Source: Malacoraja senta (taxonomy: Eukaryota). Taken from it: a DNA stretch of 61,710 bases. The DNA is taken from assembly GCA_038087875.1 (NCBI GenBank), contig JAXLNO010000041.1, positions 2,291-64,000 on the forward strand, given 5' to 3'. Positions 23,445 through 37,331 of the stretch are shown here, one piece after another; position 1 is the stretch's first letter, and each line of letters begins with the position of its first letter. The position numbers were made by a program, and so were the translations under genes. The notes under the pieces are model-generated. The model made no database searches, was not told the DNA's origin, and saw only the letters and a list, made by a program, of their open reading frames with translations.

Positions 23445-24069
23445 CACGGTGGCGCAGTGGTGGGCTGAGCCTGCACAAAAACTGCCAGTGCACCCACTCA
23501 TGTATCACCGCGTCAGCGCAGCTTTGTCAGCATCGGCGCGTCCTCGTTGATTGCTGCACCGTTCCCAACGCCAGTGTGTTTACTGTCATTAATACTCGAT
23601 TTTTAAATATTAAAAACCCATGACAATTGGGTTGAAGAATAGCTTCTAACAAACAAATATTAGGTTCTTGAACTCTACACAGCACTGAAAAATGAACTAT
23701 GAAATGTCTTCGCTTGCATTAAGCACTTCATTCATCTTATGCACATGGACTAGGTTGTTAATTTATTGAATTTTGTTTATTGTATATTATACTTCAGGCC
23801 TTGCCCCTCCTGTGACGCCGTGGAACAGAAAACAAAGGAGGTTTGAAATGATTGGGCAACAAAAGCAATGACGTGATTGGCGGAATTAAGAAACTGAGTG
23901 AATTAGGGGAGTTGGAGAACAAATTAGCTCCGCGCCGACGGGATGTGACGCTGTCAAGAATAAGCCAACGAATGAAGAACCTAGACCACAGCCCTTTCAC
24001 AATATCAGATTAAACCTGTTTCCGGGTGAGCGCATTTCAGTTCATATTCACTCTCAATGCAATTACAAC

Positions 24070-24901
24070 ATGCTGGCCGTGACAATTTATTGGCTTCTTA
24101 CAGCTGCAGCTCTTTTAACGGGTAAGTACAAGACGTTTCCAAGCCTGAATATTATATTACTGTGGGGCATGGTATTTAATCAATAAAATGCCTTGCATGC
24201 AATGGAATGACTTTAGAAAGTGAGTCAGTGAGGGTACAATAAACGAAGAGTACAATAAGAATATAGATGCAGTTCCGACCAAAGTGCTGTAAGGATTTTG
24301 AGATGAGTTTCCAGGTATATTAGACCACGCTCGTGTTCTAAGGTCGTGCGCTCAGCAATTCCTCTCCTCCTCCCGAGATGCAATGATCACGAGCAGGTGG
24401 CGAAGGAAAGGGGTGGATGATTTTTAAATATAGTTTCATTCGGTAATTCACAGCGCGTTTTCTCCCACCTTCATTTAGGTTTGAGTGCAGGGAGATCTTT
24501 GTTGCCGTTCTACCTCAGATCAGTACCAGGATAAGGTGAGCGTGAGCAGAATGCGGTGATATTCTTGTTTTTAACTTCGTTCCCGGACTCTTGCAGAGCA
24601 TTGTCGAGGCGACGCCGTTTCTCAGACACCAGTAGTGGTAACAATGAGCGAAGGGGATGATGCCCAGTTGAACTGCAACTATACAGCTACAAGCACGAAC
24701 AATCTTGTATTAATGTGGTACCGGCAGTATCCCGGCGAATCCCTTCAATTTCTGGTTCAGAACGAAATTCGAAGCCGCCCAGAAGAACAGTGCTGGAGAA
24801 CGTTTGGCTGCGGAGCTCAACCATTTGACAGGAACAGTCCCGCTGACTGTGTCGCAAACGCGGCTCCGAGACGCGGCGATGTATTACTGCGCCCTGAGTC
24901 C
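24070..24901 (+). pseudogene. TCR V type D, frameshifted
   Basis: Leader 24070-24121, exon 24597-24901, 11-bp-spacer RSS 24902-24928. Confidence 0.88.
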
Positions 24902-24975
24902 CACGGAGGCAGCGATTGTACATAAACTACCATTTCCGGATTTCAGTTCATATTCACTCTCCATGTAATTGAAAC

Positions 24976-25677
24976 ATGCTGTCATTGACTATTTATTCGC
25001 TTCTTATAGCTGCAGCTCTCTTAACCGGTATGTTCACGACGTTTCCAAGCCTGTATATTATGTTACTTTAGGGCATGATATCTCATCAATCAAATACATT
25101 GAATGCAATGGAATCACGTTAGAAAGCCATTCAATGGGAGGATAGTAAGTGAAGAGTACAAAGAGGAATATAGATGCAGTTCCTCAATAGGGATGTGAGG
25201 GGATTTGAGGCGTTTCCAGGTTAATAGCTGGAAACTGGCCCCGGCTGGGTAGAGTCCTGCAGTTGGAACACACCGGTGTTCTACGTAGGAGCGCTCTACG
25301 ATTCCCCTTTTCCTTCCGGGACGCAATGATGACGAGCGGAGTGCGATGGAAAGGGTTGGATGATCTTTAAAGATAATTTCATTCGGTAATTGCCAGCGCC
25401 TACCCCCCACCTTTATGTAGCTTTTAGGGGAGGGGTATCATTAATGCCATTGCACCTCGAATCAGTACCAGGATAGGGGGTATTTTCGAATATGAACACA
25501 GTAAGGTGATGTTCCGTTGTTTAACTTCGTCCCCGGATTCTTGCAGGGCATTGTCGAGGCGACGCCGTTTCTCAGACCCCAGCAATGATAACAGTGAGTG
25601 AAGGCGATGACGCACCGTTGAAGTGCAACTACACAGCTACAATCACGAGCAATCTTGGACTAATCTGGTACCGTCAT
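24976..25677 (+). pseudogene. TCR V type E, truncated
   Basis: Leader 24976-25027, exon 25547-25677. Confidence 0.88.
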
Positions 25678-26093
25678 GGCCCTGTCCCACGGTGCGAGTC
25701 CACCCACGTGTGATCCCGAGTTTAAAACAAATCAAACTCGTGGTAATCACGTAGCGGGAACGTCGGAACTCGTAACTCTAACGGCAGGTACTCGGGAAAC
25801 TTGTTAACTCGTGAAAATCTTTCAACATGCTGAAAGATTTCCACGAGTCAGAGTTACTCTTGAAGTAAAAAAATTAAACTTTTAAACTCGTTGTAAGAAC
25901 GTAGTAGCCCGTGAGTTTACCGTAGTGACTCGTGAGTCTACCGTGGGCACTCTTTAACTCAGCTGGACAGGCAGCATCTCTGCAGAGATGGAATGGGTGA
26001 CGGGATGACGTTTCCAAAATTCTGCTGCGTCTTTGTGTTACTCCAGCACTGTGTGTTCACTTTTTGTCAACCAGCATCTGCCCTTTCTTGTGT
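25678..26093. mobile_element. Composite MITE-like plus repeat insertion (copy 4)
   Basis: Same junction and sequence as the other copies. Confidence 0.65.
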
Positions 26094-26549
26094 ATGACAT
26101 TATTTGTATCCGTGGCAGTTGATTGTCGCTCAAATACCAGGCTTTTAAACACGGCAGAACACTAACCTATGAACTATGAACTGTCTTTCGGTGCACTTAG
26201 CAATTCAAGCTTTTTAATGCACATGGATTACGTTATTAATTTATTGTATTTTGTTTATTATTTATCATACTTCAGGCCTTGTCTCTCCTGTGACTTCATG
26301 AAACAGAAAACAAAGGAGGTTTGAGATGATTGGCAACTGAGAAGCAGTGAGTTGATTGGCGGAATTCAGCGAGTGAGGTAAGTCGGGGGGGTTGGAGAAC
26401 ACATTCGCTCTGTGCCGAGGGGATGTGCCGTCGTCAAAAATAAACCAATGAATTGAGAACCTAGACCACAGCTCTTTCACAATATCCGATTAAACATATT
26501 TCCCGATGAGAACATTTCAGTTCATATTCACTCTCAAAGCAATCACAAC

Positions 26550-27292
26550 ATGTTGGCCGTGATTATTTATTCTCTTCTTGCAGCTGCAGCTCTCTTAACC
26601 GGTAGGTGCACGGCGTTTCCGACCCTGGATATTATATTACTACGGGGCATGATATTTAATCAATCAACTAGTTTGAATGCAATAGAATGACTTAAGAAAG
26701 GGAGTCACACCCATGTTCTACGGACGAGTGCTGAAAGATTCTCTTTTCTCCCTCCCAAGACAGAATGATGACGAGCAGAGGGCAATGGAAAGGGTTACAT
26801 GATCTTTAAAGACAATTTAATTCAGTAATTCCCAGTGCTTTCCCGCCACCTTGATGTGGGTTTTAGGGGAGAGTATTCTTTGCTGCCGTTGTGCCTCAGA
26901 TCAGTATCAAGATATGCGGCATTTTCCAGTATCAACATATTGGGATAATGCAATGTAATTTAATTTCTTTCCCTGGCCCTTGCAGGACATTGTCGAGGCG
27001 ATGCCGTTTCTCAGACACCAGTAGTGGAAACAGTAAATGAAGGGGATGATGCCCAGTTGAATTGCAACTATACAGCTACAAGCACGAGCGTCCCTGGACT
27101 AATCTGGTACCGTCAGTATCCCGGCGGATCCCTTGAGTTTCTGCTGCTCAGAACGACATTCAAAGGCGGCCAGAAGAACAATGCCGGGGAACGTTTTTCT
27201 GCGGAGCTCAACCATTTGACAGGAACGGTCCCGCTGACCGTGTCACAAACGCGGCTCCGAGACTCGGCTATGTATTACTGCGCTCTGAACCC
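26550..27292 (+). CDS. TCR V type A, intact frame but heptamer TACGGTG
   Basis: Leader 26550-26601, exon 26986-27292, RSS 27293-27331 starting with TAC. Confidence 0.82.
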
Positions 27293-27904
27293 TACGGTGG
27301 CGCAGAATTGGGCTGAGCCTGTACAAAAATTATCTGAGAACCCCGTCAGGAATCAGCGCGTAAGCGCAGCTTTGTCAGCATCGGCGCGTCCTCGTTGATT
27401 GCTGCACCCGTCCCAACGCCAGTGTGGTTGCTGCCATTAATACTCGATTTTTAAACATTAAAAACCCATGACAATTGAGTTGAAGAATAGCTTCTAACAA
27501 ACAGACATTAGGTTCGTGAACACTCCACAGCACTAACAGATGAACTATGAACTGTCTGTGGTTGCATTAAGCAGTTCATAACTTATCCACATGGACTAGG
27601 TTGTTAATTTATTGAATTGTGTTTATTATTTGTCATACTGCATACTATGACGCCATGGGACAGAAAACAAAGGAGGTTTGAGATGATTGGGCATCAAAAG
27701 CAATGATGCGATTGGCGGAATTAAGAAACAATGTTAATTCGGGGAGTTGGAGAACAAATTAGCTCTTCGCTGATGGGACGTGACGCTGTCAAGAATAAGC
27801 CAATGAATAGAGAGCCGAGACCACAGCTCTTTCACAATATCAGATTAAACCTGTTTCCGTGTGAGACCATTTTGGTTCATATTCACTCTCAATGCAATTA
27901 CAAC

Positions 27905-28780
27905 ATGCTGACCGTGACAATTTATTGTCTTCTTGCAGCTGCAGCTCTCTTAACGGGTAAGTTCAGGACGTTTCGAAGCCTGTACATTATATTACTGTAG
28001 GGCATGGCATTTAATCAATGAAATACCCGGCATGCAATAGAATGACTTTAGAATGGGAATCAGTGAGAGGACTAAACGAAGAGCATAATAAGAATATAGA
28101 TGCTGTTCCCCACAAAGTGATGTTAGGAAATTTGAGGTGAATTCCCAGAAATATTGTTGGAAACCAGCGCCTATGGTGAAGCATCGGAGAGTTAGAAAAC
28201 TCCCTTGTGCTAAGTACTAGCGCTCAGCGATTCCTCTTCCCCTCTCGAGATTCAATGATGACGAGCAGATGGCGATGGAAAGGGGCGGATGATTTTTTAA
28301 AGATAATTTCATTCGGTTATTCACAGCGCCTTTCCCCCCCCCCCCATCTTTATTTAGCTTTTAGGGGAGGGAGATCTTTGTTGCCGTTCTACCTCAGATC
28401 AGTATAATTAATATGAATATGAGCAGAATGAGGTGATGTTGTGTTTTCTAACCTCGTACCCGGGCTCTTGCAGGATATTGTAGAGGCGACGCCGTTTCTC
28501 AGACACCAGTAGTGGTAACAGTGAGTGAAGGGGAAGATGCACAGTTGAACTGCAACTATACAACTGCAAGCACGAGCATTCTTGGACTAATCTGGTACCG
28601 TCAGTATCCCGGCGGATCCCTTGAGTTTCTGCTGCTCAGAACGAAAATCGAAGCCGTCCAGAAGAACAATGCTGGAGAACGTTTTTCTGCGGAGCTCAAC
28701 CATTCGACAGGAACGGTCCCGCTGACGGTATCACAAACGCGGCTCCGAGACGCGGCAATGTATTACTGCGCCCTGAACCC
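27905..28780 (+). CDS. TCR V type B, intact
   Basis: Leader 27905-27956, exon 28474-28780, RSS 28781-28819; intron has an expanded C12 tract. Confidence 0.9.
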
Positions 28781-29404
28781 CACGGTGGCGCAGAATTGGG
28801 CTGAGCCTGCACAAAAACTACCAGTGCACCCACTCATGTATCACCGCGTAAACACAACTTTCTCAGCATCGGCGCGTCCTCGTTGATTGCTGCACCCGTC
28901 CCATCGCCAGTGTGTTTGCTGTCATTAATACTCGATTTTTAAATATTAAAAAACCCATGACAATTAGGTTGAAGAATAGCTTCTAACAAACAAATATTAG
29001 GTTCTTGAACACTCCAAAGCACTAACAGAAGAACTATGAAATGTCTTCGGTTGCATTAAGCATTTCATGCATCTTATGCACATGGACTTGGTTGTTAATT
29101 TATTGAATTTTGTTTATTGTTTATTATACTTCAGGCCTTGCCCCTCCTGTGACGCCATGGAACAGAAAAAAGGAGGGTTGAGATGATTGGCCAACAAAAG
29201 CAATGGTGTGATTGGCGGAATTAAGAAACTGAGTTAATTCGGGGAGTTGGAGAACAAATTAGCTCCGCGCCAACAGGATGTGACGCTGTCACGAATAAGC
29301 CAATCAATGAAGAGCCTAGACCACAGCTCTTTCACAATATCAGATTAAACCTGTTTCCGGGTGAGCGCATTTCAGTTCATATTCACTCTCAATGCAATTA
29401 CAAC

Positions 29405-30262
29405 ATGCTGGCCTTGACAATGTATTGGCTTCTTACAGCTGCAGCTCTCTTAACCGGTAAGTTCACGACGTTTCCAATAATGTAGGGCATGATATTTAAG
29501 CAACCAAATACCTTGAATGCAACAGAACGACTTTAGAAAAGGAGTCCGTCTGAGGACAGTAAACGATGAGCGCAGTAGGATAAAAGATGCAGTTTCACAG
29601 TAATTGATGTTCGGAAATTTGAGGTGAGTTTCCACGTTAATTGTTGGAAAGCAGCCCCGACGGAGAAGCATCGAAGCGTTAGAACACACCGGTGGTCCCC
29701 GTACGAATGCTCTACGATTCCCCTTTTCCTCCCCGGAAGCAATAACAACGTCCAGTACGATGGAACGGGTTGGATTATCTTTAAAGATAAATTTATTCGG
29801 TAATTCCCAGCGCCTTTCCGCCCATCTTTATTTAGCTTTTAGGGGAGGGGTATGTTTGATGTCATTGTACCTCATATCAGTATGAGGATGAGGGGTATTC
29901 TGAAGTATGAGCTGAGTTAGGTGATGTTGTGTTATTTATCCCCGGACTCTTGCAGGGAATTGTCGAGGCGACGCCGTTTCTCAGTCAACGGCAGCGGTTA
30001 CAGTGAGTGAAGGGGATGATACAAAATTGAGCTGCAACTATACAGCTACAAGCACGGTCACTCCTGGACTGATCTGGTACCGTCGGTATCCCGGCGGATC
30101 CCTTGAGTTTCTTCTGCTGAGAACGACATTCAAAGGCGGCCAGAAGAACAATGCTGGAGAACGTTTTTCTGCGGAGCTCAACCATTCGACAGGAACGGTC
30201 CCGCTGACGGTATCACAAACGCGGCTCCGAGACGCGGCAATGTATTACTGCGCCCTGAGCCC
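29405..30262 (+). CDS. TCR V type C', intact
   Basis: Leader 29405-29456, exon 29956-30262, RSS 30263-30301. Confidence 0.9.
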
Positions 30263-30886
30263 CACGGTGGCGCAGAATTGGGCTGAGCCTGCACAAAAAC
30301 TACCAGGGCACCCACTCATGTATCACCGCGTAAACACAACTTTCTCAGCATCGGCGCGTCCTCGTTGATTGCTGCACCCGTCCCATCGTCAGTGTGTTTG
30401 CTGTCATTAATACTCGATTTTTAAATATTAAAAAACCCATGACAATTGGGTTGAAGAATAGCTTCTAACAAACAAATATTAGGTTCTTGAACACTACACA
30501 GCACTAACAGAAGAACTATGAAATGTCTGCGGTTGCATTAAGCATTTCATGCATCTTATGCACATGGACCTGGTTGTTAATTTATTGAATTTTGTTTATT
30601 GTATATTATACTTCAGGCCTTGCCTGTCCTGTGACGCCATGGAACAGAAAAAAGGAGGTTTGAGATGATTGGCCAACAAAAGCAATGGTGTGATTGGCGG
30701 AATTAAGAAACTGAGTTAATTCGGGGAGTTGGAGAACAAATTTGCTCCGCGCCGACAGGATGTGACGCTGTCACGAATAAGCCAATGAACGAAGAGCCTA
30801 GACCACAGCTCTTTCACAATATCAGATTAAACCTGTTTCCGGGTGAGCGCATTTCAGTTCATATTCACTCTCAATGCAATTACAAC

Positions 30887-31743
30887 ATGCTGGCCTTGAC
30901 AATGTATTGGCTTCTTACAGCTGCAGCTCTCTTAACCGGTAAGTTCACGAGGTTTCCAATAATGTAGGGCATGATATTTAAGCAACCAAATACCTTGAAT
31001 GCAACAGAACGACTTTAGAAAAGGAGTCCGTCTGAGGACAGTAAACGATGAGCGCAGTAGGAAAAAAGATGCAGTTTCACAGTAATTGATGTTCGGAAAT
31101 TTGAGGTGAGTTTCCAGGTTAATTGTTGGAAAGCAGCCCCGACGGAGAAGCATCGAAGCGTTAGAACACACCGGTGGTCCCCGTACGAATGCTCTACGAT
31201 TCCCCTTTTCCTCCCCGGAAGCAATAACGTCGTCCAGTACGATGAAACGGATTGGTTTATCTTTAAAGATAAATTACTCGGTAATTCCCAGCGCCTTTCC
31301 GCCCATCGTTATTTAGCTTTTAGGGGAGGGGTATGTTTGATGTCATTGTACCTCATATCAGTATGAGGATGAGGGGTATTCTGAAGTATGAGCTGAGCTA
31401 GGTTATATTGTGTTATTAATCCCCGGACTCTTGCAGGGAATTGTCGAGGCGACGCCGTTTCTCAGACACCGGCAGCGGTTACAGTGAGTGAAGGGGATGA
31501 TACAAAATTGAGCTGCAAATATACAGCTACAAGCACGGTATCCCCTGGACTAATCTGGTACCGTCAGTATGCCGGCGGATGCCTTGAGTTTCTGCTGCTC
31601 AGAACGAAAATCGAAGCCGCCCAGAAGAACAGTGCCGGTGAACGTTTTTCTGCGGAGCTCAACCATTCGACAGGAACGGTCCCGCTGACCGTGTCACAAA
31701 CGCGGCTCCGAGACTCGGCGATGTATTACTGCGCACTGAACCC
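30887..31743 (+). CDS. TCR V type C, intact
   Basis: Leader 30887-30938, exon 31437-31743, RSS 31744-31782. Confidence 0.9.
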
Positions 31744-32368
31744 CACGGTGGCGCAGTGGTGGGCTGAGCCTGCACAAAAACTGCCAGTGCACCCACTCAT
31801 GTATCACCGCGTCAGCGCAGCTTTGTCAGCATCGGCGCGTCCTCGTTGATTGCTGCACCGTTCCCAACGCCAGTGTGTTTACTGTCATTAATACTCGATT
31901 TTTAAATATTAAAAACCCATGACAATTGGGTTGAAGAATAGCTTCTAACAAACAAATATTAGGTTCTTGAACTCTACACAGCACTGAAAAATGAACTATG
32001 AAATGTCTTCGCTTGCATTAAGCACTTCATTCATCTTATGCACATGGACTAGGTTGTTAATTTATTGAATTTTGTTTATTGTATATTATACTTCAGGCCT
32101 TGCTCCTCCTGTGACGCCGTGGAACAGAAAACAAAGGAGGTTTGAAATGATTGGGCAACAAAAGCAATGACGTGATTGGCGGAATTAAGAAACTGAGTGA
32201 ATTAGGGGAGTTGGAGAACAAATTAGCTCCGCGCCGACGGGATGTGACGCTGTCAAGAATAAGCCAACGAATGAAGAACCTAGACCACAGCCCTTTCACA
32301 ATATCAGATTAAACCTGTTTCCGGGTGAGCGCATTTCAGTTCATATTCACTCTCAATGCAATTACAAC

Positions 32369-33200
32369 ATGCTGGCCGTGACAATTTATTGGCTTCTTAC
32401 AGCTGCAGCTCTTTTAACGGGTAAGTACAAGACGTTTCCAAGCCTGAATATTATATTACTGTGGGGCATGGTATTTAATCAATAAAATGCCTTGCATGCA
32501 ATGGAATGACTTTAGAAAGTGAGTCAGTGAGGGTACAATAAACGAAGAGTACAATAAGAATATAGATGCAGTTCCGACCAAAGTGCTGTAAGGATTTTGA
32601 GATGAGTTTCCAGGTATATTAGACCACGCTCGTGTTCTAAGGTCGTGCGCTCAGCAATTCCTCTCCTCCTCCCGAGATGCAATGATCACGAGCAGGTGGC
32701 GATGGAAAGGGGTGGATGATTTTTAAATATAGTTTCATTCGGTAATTCACAGCGCGTTTTCTCCCACCTTCATTTAGGTTTGAGTGCAGGGAGATCTTTG
32801 TTGCCGTTCTACCTCAGATCAGTACCAGGATAAGGTGAGCGTGAGCAGAATGCGGTGATATTCTTGTTTTTAACTTCGTTCCCGGACTCTTGCAGAGCAT
32901 TGTCGAGGCGACGCCGTTTCTCAGACACCAGTAGTGGTAACAATGAGCGAAGGGGATGATGCCCAGTTGAACTGCAACTATACAGCTACAAGCACGAACA
33001 ATCTTGTATTAATGTGGTACCGGCAGTATCCCGGCGAATCCCTTCAATTTCTGGTTCAGAACGAAATTCGAAGCCGCCCAGAAGAACAGTGCTGGAGAAC
33101 GTTTGGCTGCGGAGCTCAACCATTTGACAGGAACAGTCCCGCTGACTGTGTCGCAACCGCGGCTCCGAGACGCGGCGATGTATTACTGCGCCCTGAGTCC
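32369..33200 (+). pseudogene. TCR V type D, frameshifted
   Basis: Leader 32369-32420, exon 32896-33200, 11-bp-spacer RSS 33201-33227. Confidence 0.88.
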
Positions 33201-33274
33201 CACGGAGGCAGCGATTGTACATAAACTACCATTTCCGGATTTCAGTTCATATTCACTCTCCATGTAATTGAAAC

Positions 33275-33976
33275 ATGCTGTCATTGACTATTTATTCGCT
33301 TCTTATAGCTGCAGCTCTCTTAACCGGTATGTTCACGACGTTTCCAAGCCTGTATATTATGTTACTTTAGGGCATGATATCTCATCAATCAAATACATTG
33401 AATGCAATGGAATCACGTTAGAAAGCCATTCAATGGGAGGATAGTAAGTGAAGAGTACAAAGAGGAATATAGATGCAGTTCCTCAATAGGGATGTGAGGG
33501 GATTTGAGGCGTTTCCAGGTTAATAGCTGGAAACTGGCCCCGGCTGGGTAGAGTCCTGCAGTTGGAACACACCGGTGTTCTACGTAGGAGCGCTCTACGA
33601 TTCCCCTTTTCCTTCCGGGACGCAATGATGACGAGCGGAGTGCGATGGAAAGGGTTGGATGATCTTTAAAGATAATTTCATTCGGTAATTGCCAGCGCCT
33701 ACCCCCCACCTTTATGTAGCTTTTAGGGGAGGGGTATCATTAATGCCATTGCACCTCGAATCAGTACCAGGATAGGGGGTATTTTCGAATATGAACACAG
33801 TAAGGTGATGTTCCGTTGTTTAACTTCGTCCCCGGATTCTTGCAGGGCATTGTCGAGGCGACGCCGTTTCTCAGACCCCAGCAATGATAACAGTGAGTGA
33901 AGGCGATGACGCACCGTTGAAGTGCAACTACACAGCTACAATCACGAGCAATCTTGGACTAATCTGGTACCGTCAT
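33275..33976 (+). pseudogene. TCR V type E, truncated
   Basis: Leader 33275-33326, exon 33846-33976. Confidence 0.88.
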
Positions 33977-34392
33977 GGCCCTGTCCCACGGTGCGAGTCC
34001 ACCCACGTGTGATCCCGAGTTTAAAACAAATCAAACTCGTGGTAATCACGTAGCGGGAACGTCGGAACTCGTAACTCTAACGGCAGGTACTCGGGAAACT
34101 TGTTAACTCGTGAAAATCTTTCAACATGCTGAAAGATTTCCACGAGTCAGAGTTAAACTTGAAGTAAAAAAATTAAACTTTTAAACTCGTTGTAAGAACG
34201 TAGTAGCCCGTGAGTTTACCGTAGTGACTCGTGAGTCTACCGTGGGCACTCTTTAACTCAGCTGGACAGGCAGCATCTCTGCAGAGATGGAATGGGTGAC
34301 GGGATGACGTTTCCAAAATTCTGCTGCGTCTTTGTGTTACTCCAGCACTGTGTGTTCACTTTTTGTCAACCAGCATCTGCCCTTTCTTGTGT
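33977..34392. mobile_element. Composite MITE-like plus repeat insertion (copy 5)
   Basis: Same junction and sequence as the other copies. Confidence 0.65.
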
Positions 34393-34848
34393 ATGACATT
34401 ATTTGTATCCGTGGCAGTTGATTGTCGCTCAAATACCAGGCTTTTAAACACGGCAGAACACTAACCTATGAACTATGAACTGTCTTTCGGTGCACTTAGC
34501 AATTCAAGCTTTTTAATGCACATGGATTACGTTATTAATTTATTGTATTTTGTTTATTATTTATCATACTTCAGGCCTTGTCTCTCCTGTGACTTCATGA
34601 AACAGAAAACAAAGGAGGTTTGAGATGATTGGCAACTGAGAAGCAGTGAGTTGATTGGCGGAATTCAGCGAGTGAGGTAAGTCGGGGGGGTTGGAGAACA
34701 CATTCGCTCTGTGCCGAGGGGATGTGCCGTCGTCAAAAATAAACCAATGAATTGAGAACCTAGACCACAGCTCTTTCACAATATCCGATTAAACATATTT
34801 CCCGATGAGAACATTTCAGTTCATATTCACTCTCAAAGCAATCACAAC

Positions 34849-35591
34849 ATGTTGGCCGTGATTATTTATTCTCTTCTTGCAGCTGCAGCTCTCTTAACCG
34901 GTAGGTGCACGGCGTTTCCGACCCTGGATATTATATTACTACGGGGCATGATATTTAATCAATCAACTAGTTTGAATGCAATAGAATGACTTAAGAAAGG
35001 GAGTCACACCCATGTTCTACGGACGAGTGCTGAAAGATTCTCTTTTCTCCCTCCCAAGACAGAATGATGACGAGCAGAGGGCAATGGAAAGGGTTACATG
35101 ATCTTTAAAGACAATTTAATTCAGTAATTCCCAGTGCTTTCCCGCCACCTTGATGTGGGTTTTAGGGGAGAGTATTCTTTGCTGCCGTTGTGCCTCAGAT
35201 CAGTATCAAGATATGCGGCATTTTCCAGTATCAACATATTGGGATAATGCAATGTAATTTAATTTCTTTCCCTGGCCCTTGCAGGACATTGTCGAGGCGA
35301 TGCCGTTTCTCAGACACCAGTAGTGGAAACAGTAAATGAAGGGGATGATGCCCAGTTGAATTGCAACTATACAGCTACAAGCACGAGCGTCCATGGACTA
35401 ATCTGGTACCGTCAGTATCCCGGCGGATCCCTTGAGTTTCTGCTGCTCAGAACGACATTCAAAGGCGGCCAGAAGAACAATGCCGGGGAACGTTTTTCTG
35501 CGGAGCTCAACTATTTGACAGGAACGGTCCCGCTGACGGTGTCACAAACGCGGTTCCGAGACTCGGCGATGTATTTCTGCGCTCTGAACCC
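34849..35591 (+). CDS. TCR V type A variant, intact, with consensus heptamer
   Basis: Leader 34849-34900, exon 35285-35591 (SVHG, YFCAL). The ORF-track stop at 35608-35610 is in the RSS spacer, not in the V exon. Confidence 0.88.
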
Positions 35592-35630
35592 CACAGTGGC
35601 GCAGAATTAGGCTGAGCCTGTACAAAAATT
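35592..35630 (+). other. 23-RSS with consensus heptamer
   Basis: CACAGTG-23-ACAAAAATT; the only CACAGTG V heptamer in the array. Confidence 0.9.
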
Positions 35631-36430
35631 ATCAGAGAACCGCGTCAGGTATCAGCGCGTAAGCGCAGCTTTGCCAGCATCGGCGCGTCCTCGTTGATTG
35701 CTGCAACCGTCCCAACGCCAGTGTGTTTGCAGTCATTAATACTCGATTTTTAAATATAAAAAAAGAAGACAATTGAGTTGAAGAATAGCTTCTAACAAAC
35801 ATACATTAGCTTCTTGAACAATACACAGCACTAACAGACGGACTATGAACTGCCCTTGGTTGCATTAAGCACTTCATGCCTGTTATGCACATGGATCAGG
35901 TTGTTAATTTATTGAATTTTGTTTATTGCATATTATACTTCAGGCCTTGCCCCCGCCCCCACCCCCTATGACGCTATGGAACAGAAAACAAAGGAGGTGT
36001 GAGATGATCGGGCAACAAAAGCAGTGATGTCATTGAAGGAATTAAACACATGAGTAAAAAAGATGCAGTTTCACAGTAATTGGTGTTCGGAAATTTGAGG
36101 CGAGTTTCCATGTTAATTGCTGGAAAGCAGCCCCGACGGAGAAGCAACGTAGAGTTAGAACACACCGGTGGTCCCCGTACGAGTGCTCTACGATTCCCCT
36201 TTTCCTCCCCGGAAGCAATAACGTCGACCAGTACGATGAAACGGATTGGTTTTTCTTTAAAGATAAATTACTCGGTAATTCCCAGCGCCTTTCCGCCCAT
36301 CTTTATTTAGCTTTTAGAGGAGGGGTATGTTTGATGTCATTGTACCTCATATCAGTATGAGGATGAGGGGTATTCTGAAGTATGAGCTGAGCTAGGTTAT
36401 ATTGTGTTATTAATCCCCGGACTCTTGCAG

Positions 36431-36726
36431 GGAATTGTCGATGCGACGCCGTTTCTCAGACACCGGCAGCGGTTACAGTGAGTGAAGGGGATGATACAAA
36501 ATTGAGCTGCAACTATACAGCTACAAGCACGACCAGCACTGGACTAATCTGGTGCCGTCAGTATCCCGGCGGATCCCTTGAGTTTCTTCTGCTCAGAACG
36601 ACATTCAAAGGCGGCGAGAAGAACAATGCCGGGGAACGTTTTTTCTGCGGAGCTCAACCATTTGACAGGAACGGTCCCGCTGACCGTGTCACAAACGCGG
36701 CTCCGAGACTCGGCCATGTATTGCTG
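36431..36726 (+). pseudogene. Degenerate TCR V (C/A-like): no leader, frameshift, heptamer deleted
   Basis: WCR instead of WYR, an extra T in cgtttttt near 36640, a 19-nt deletion removing the V end and heptamer, nonamer ACAACAATT at 36750-36758, and the promoter joined straight to the intron near 36056. Confidence 0.85.
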
Positions 36727-37331
36727 GTGCAGAATTGGGCTGAGCCTGTACAACAATTATCTGAGAACCCCGTCAGGAATCAGCGCGTAAGCGCAGCTTT
36801 GTCAGCATCGGCGCGTCCTCGTTGATTGCTGCACCCGTCCCAACGCCAGTGTGGTAGCTGCCATTAATACTCGATTTTTAAACATTTAAAACCCATGATA
36901 ATTGAGTTGAAGAATAGCTTCTAACAAACAGACATTAGGTTCGTGAACACTCCACAGCACTAACAGATGAACTATGAACTGTCTGTGGTTGCATTAAGCA
37001 GCTCATAACTTATGCACATGGACTAGGTTGTTAATTGATTGAATTGTGTTTATTATTTGTCATACTGCATACGATGACGCCATGGGACAGAACGCAAAGG
37101 AGGTTTGAGATGATTGGGCAACAAATGCAGGGATGTGATTGGCGGAATTAAGAAACAATGTTAATTCGGGGAGTTGGAGAACAAATTAGCTCTGGGCTGA
37201 GGGGACATGACGCTGTCAAGAATAAGCCAATGAATAGAGAGCCGAGACCACAGCTCTTTCACAATATCAGATTAAACTTGTTTCCGGGTGAGACCATTTC
37301 AGTTCATATTCACTCTCAATGCAATTACAAC

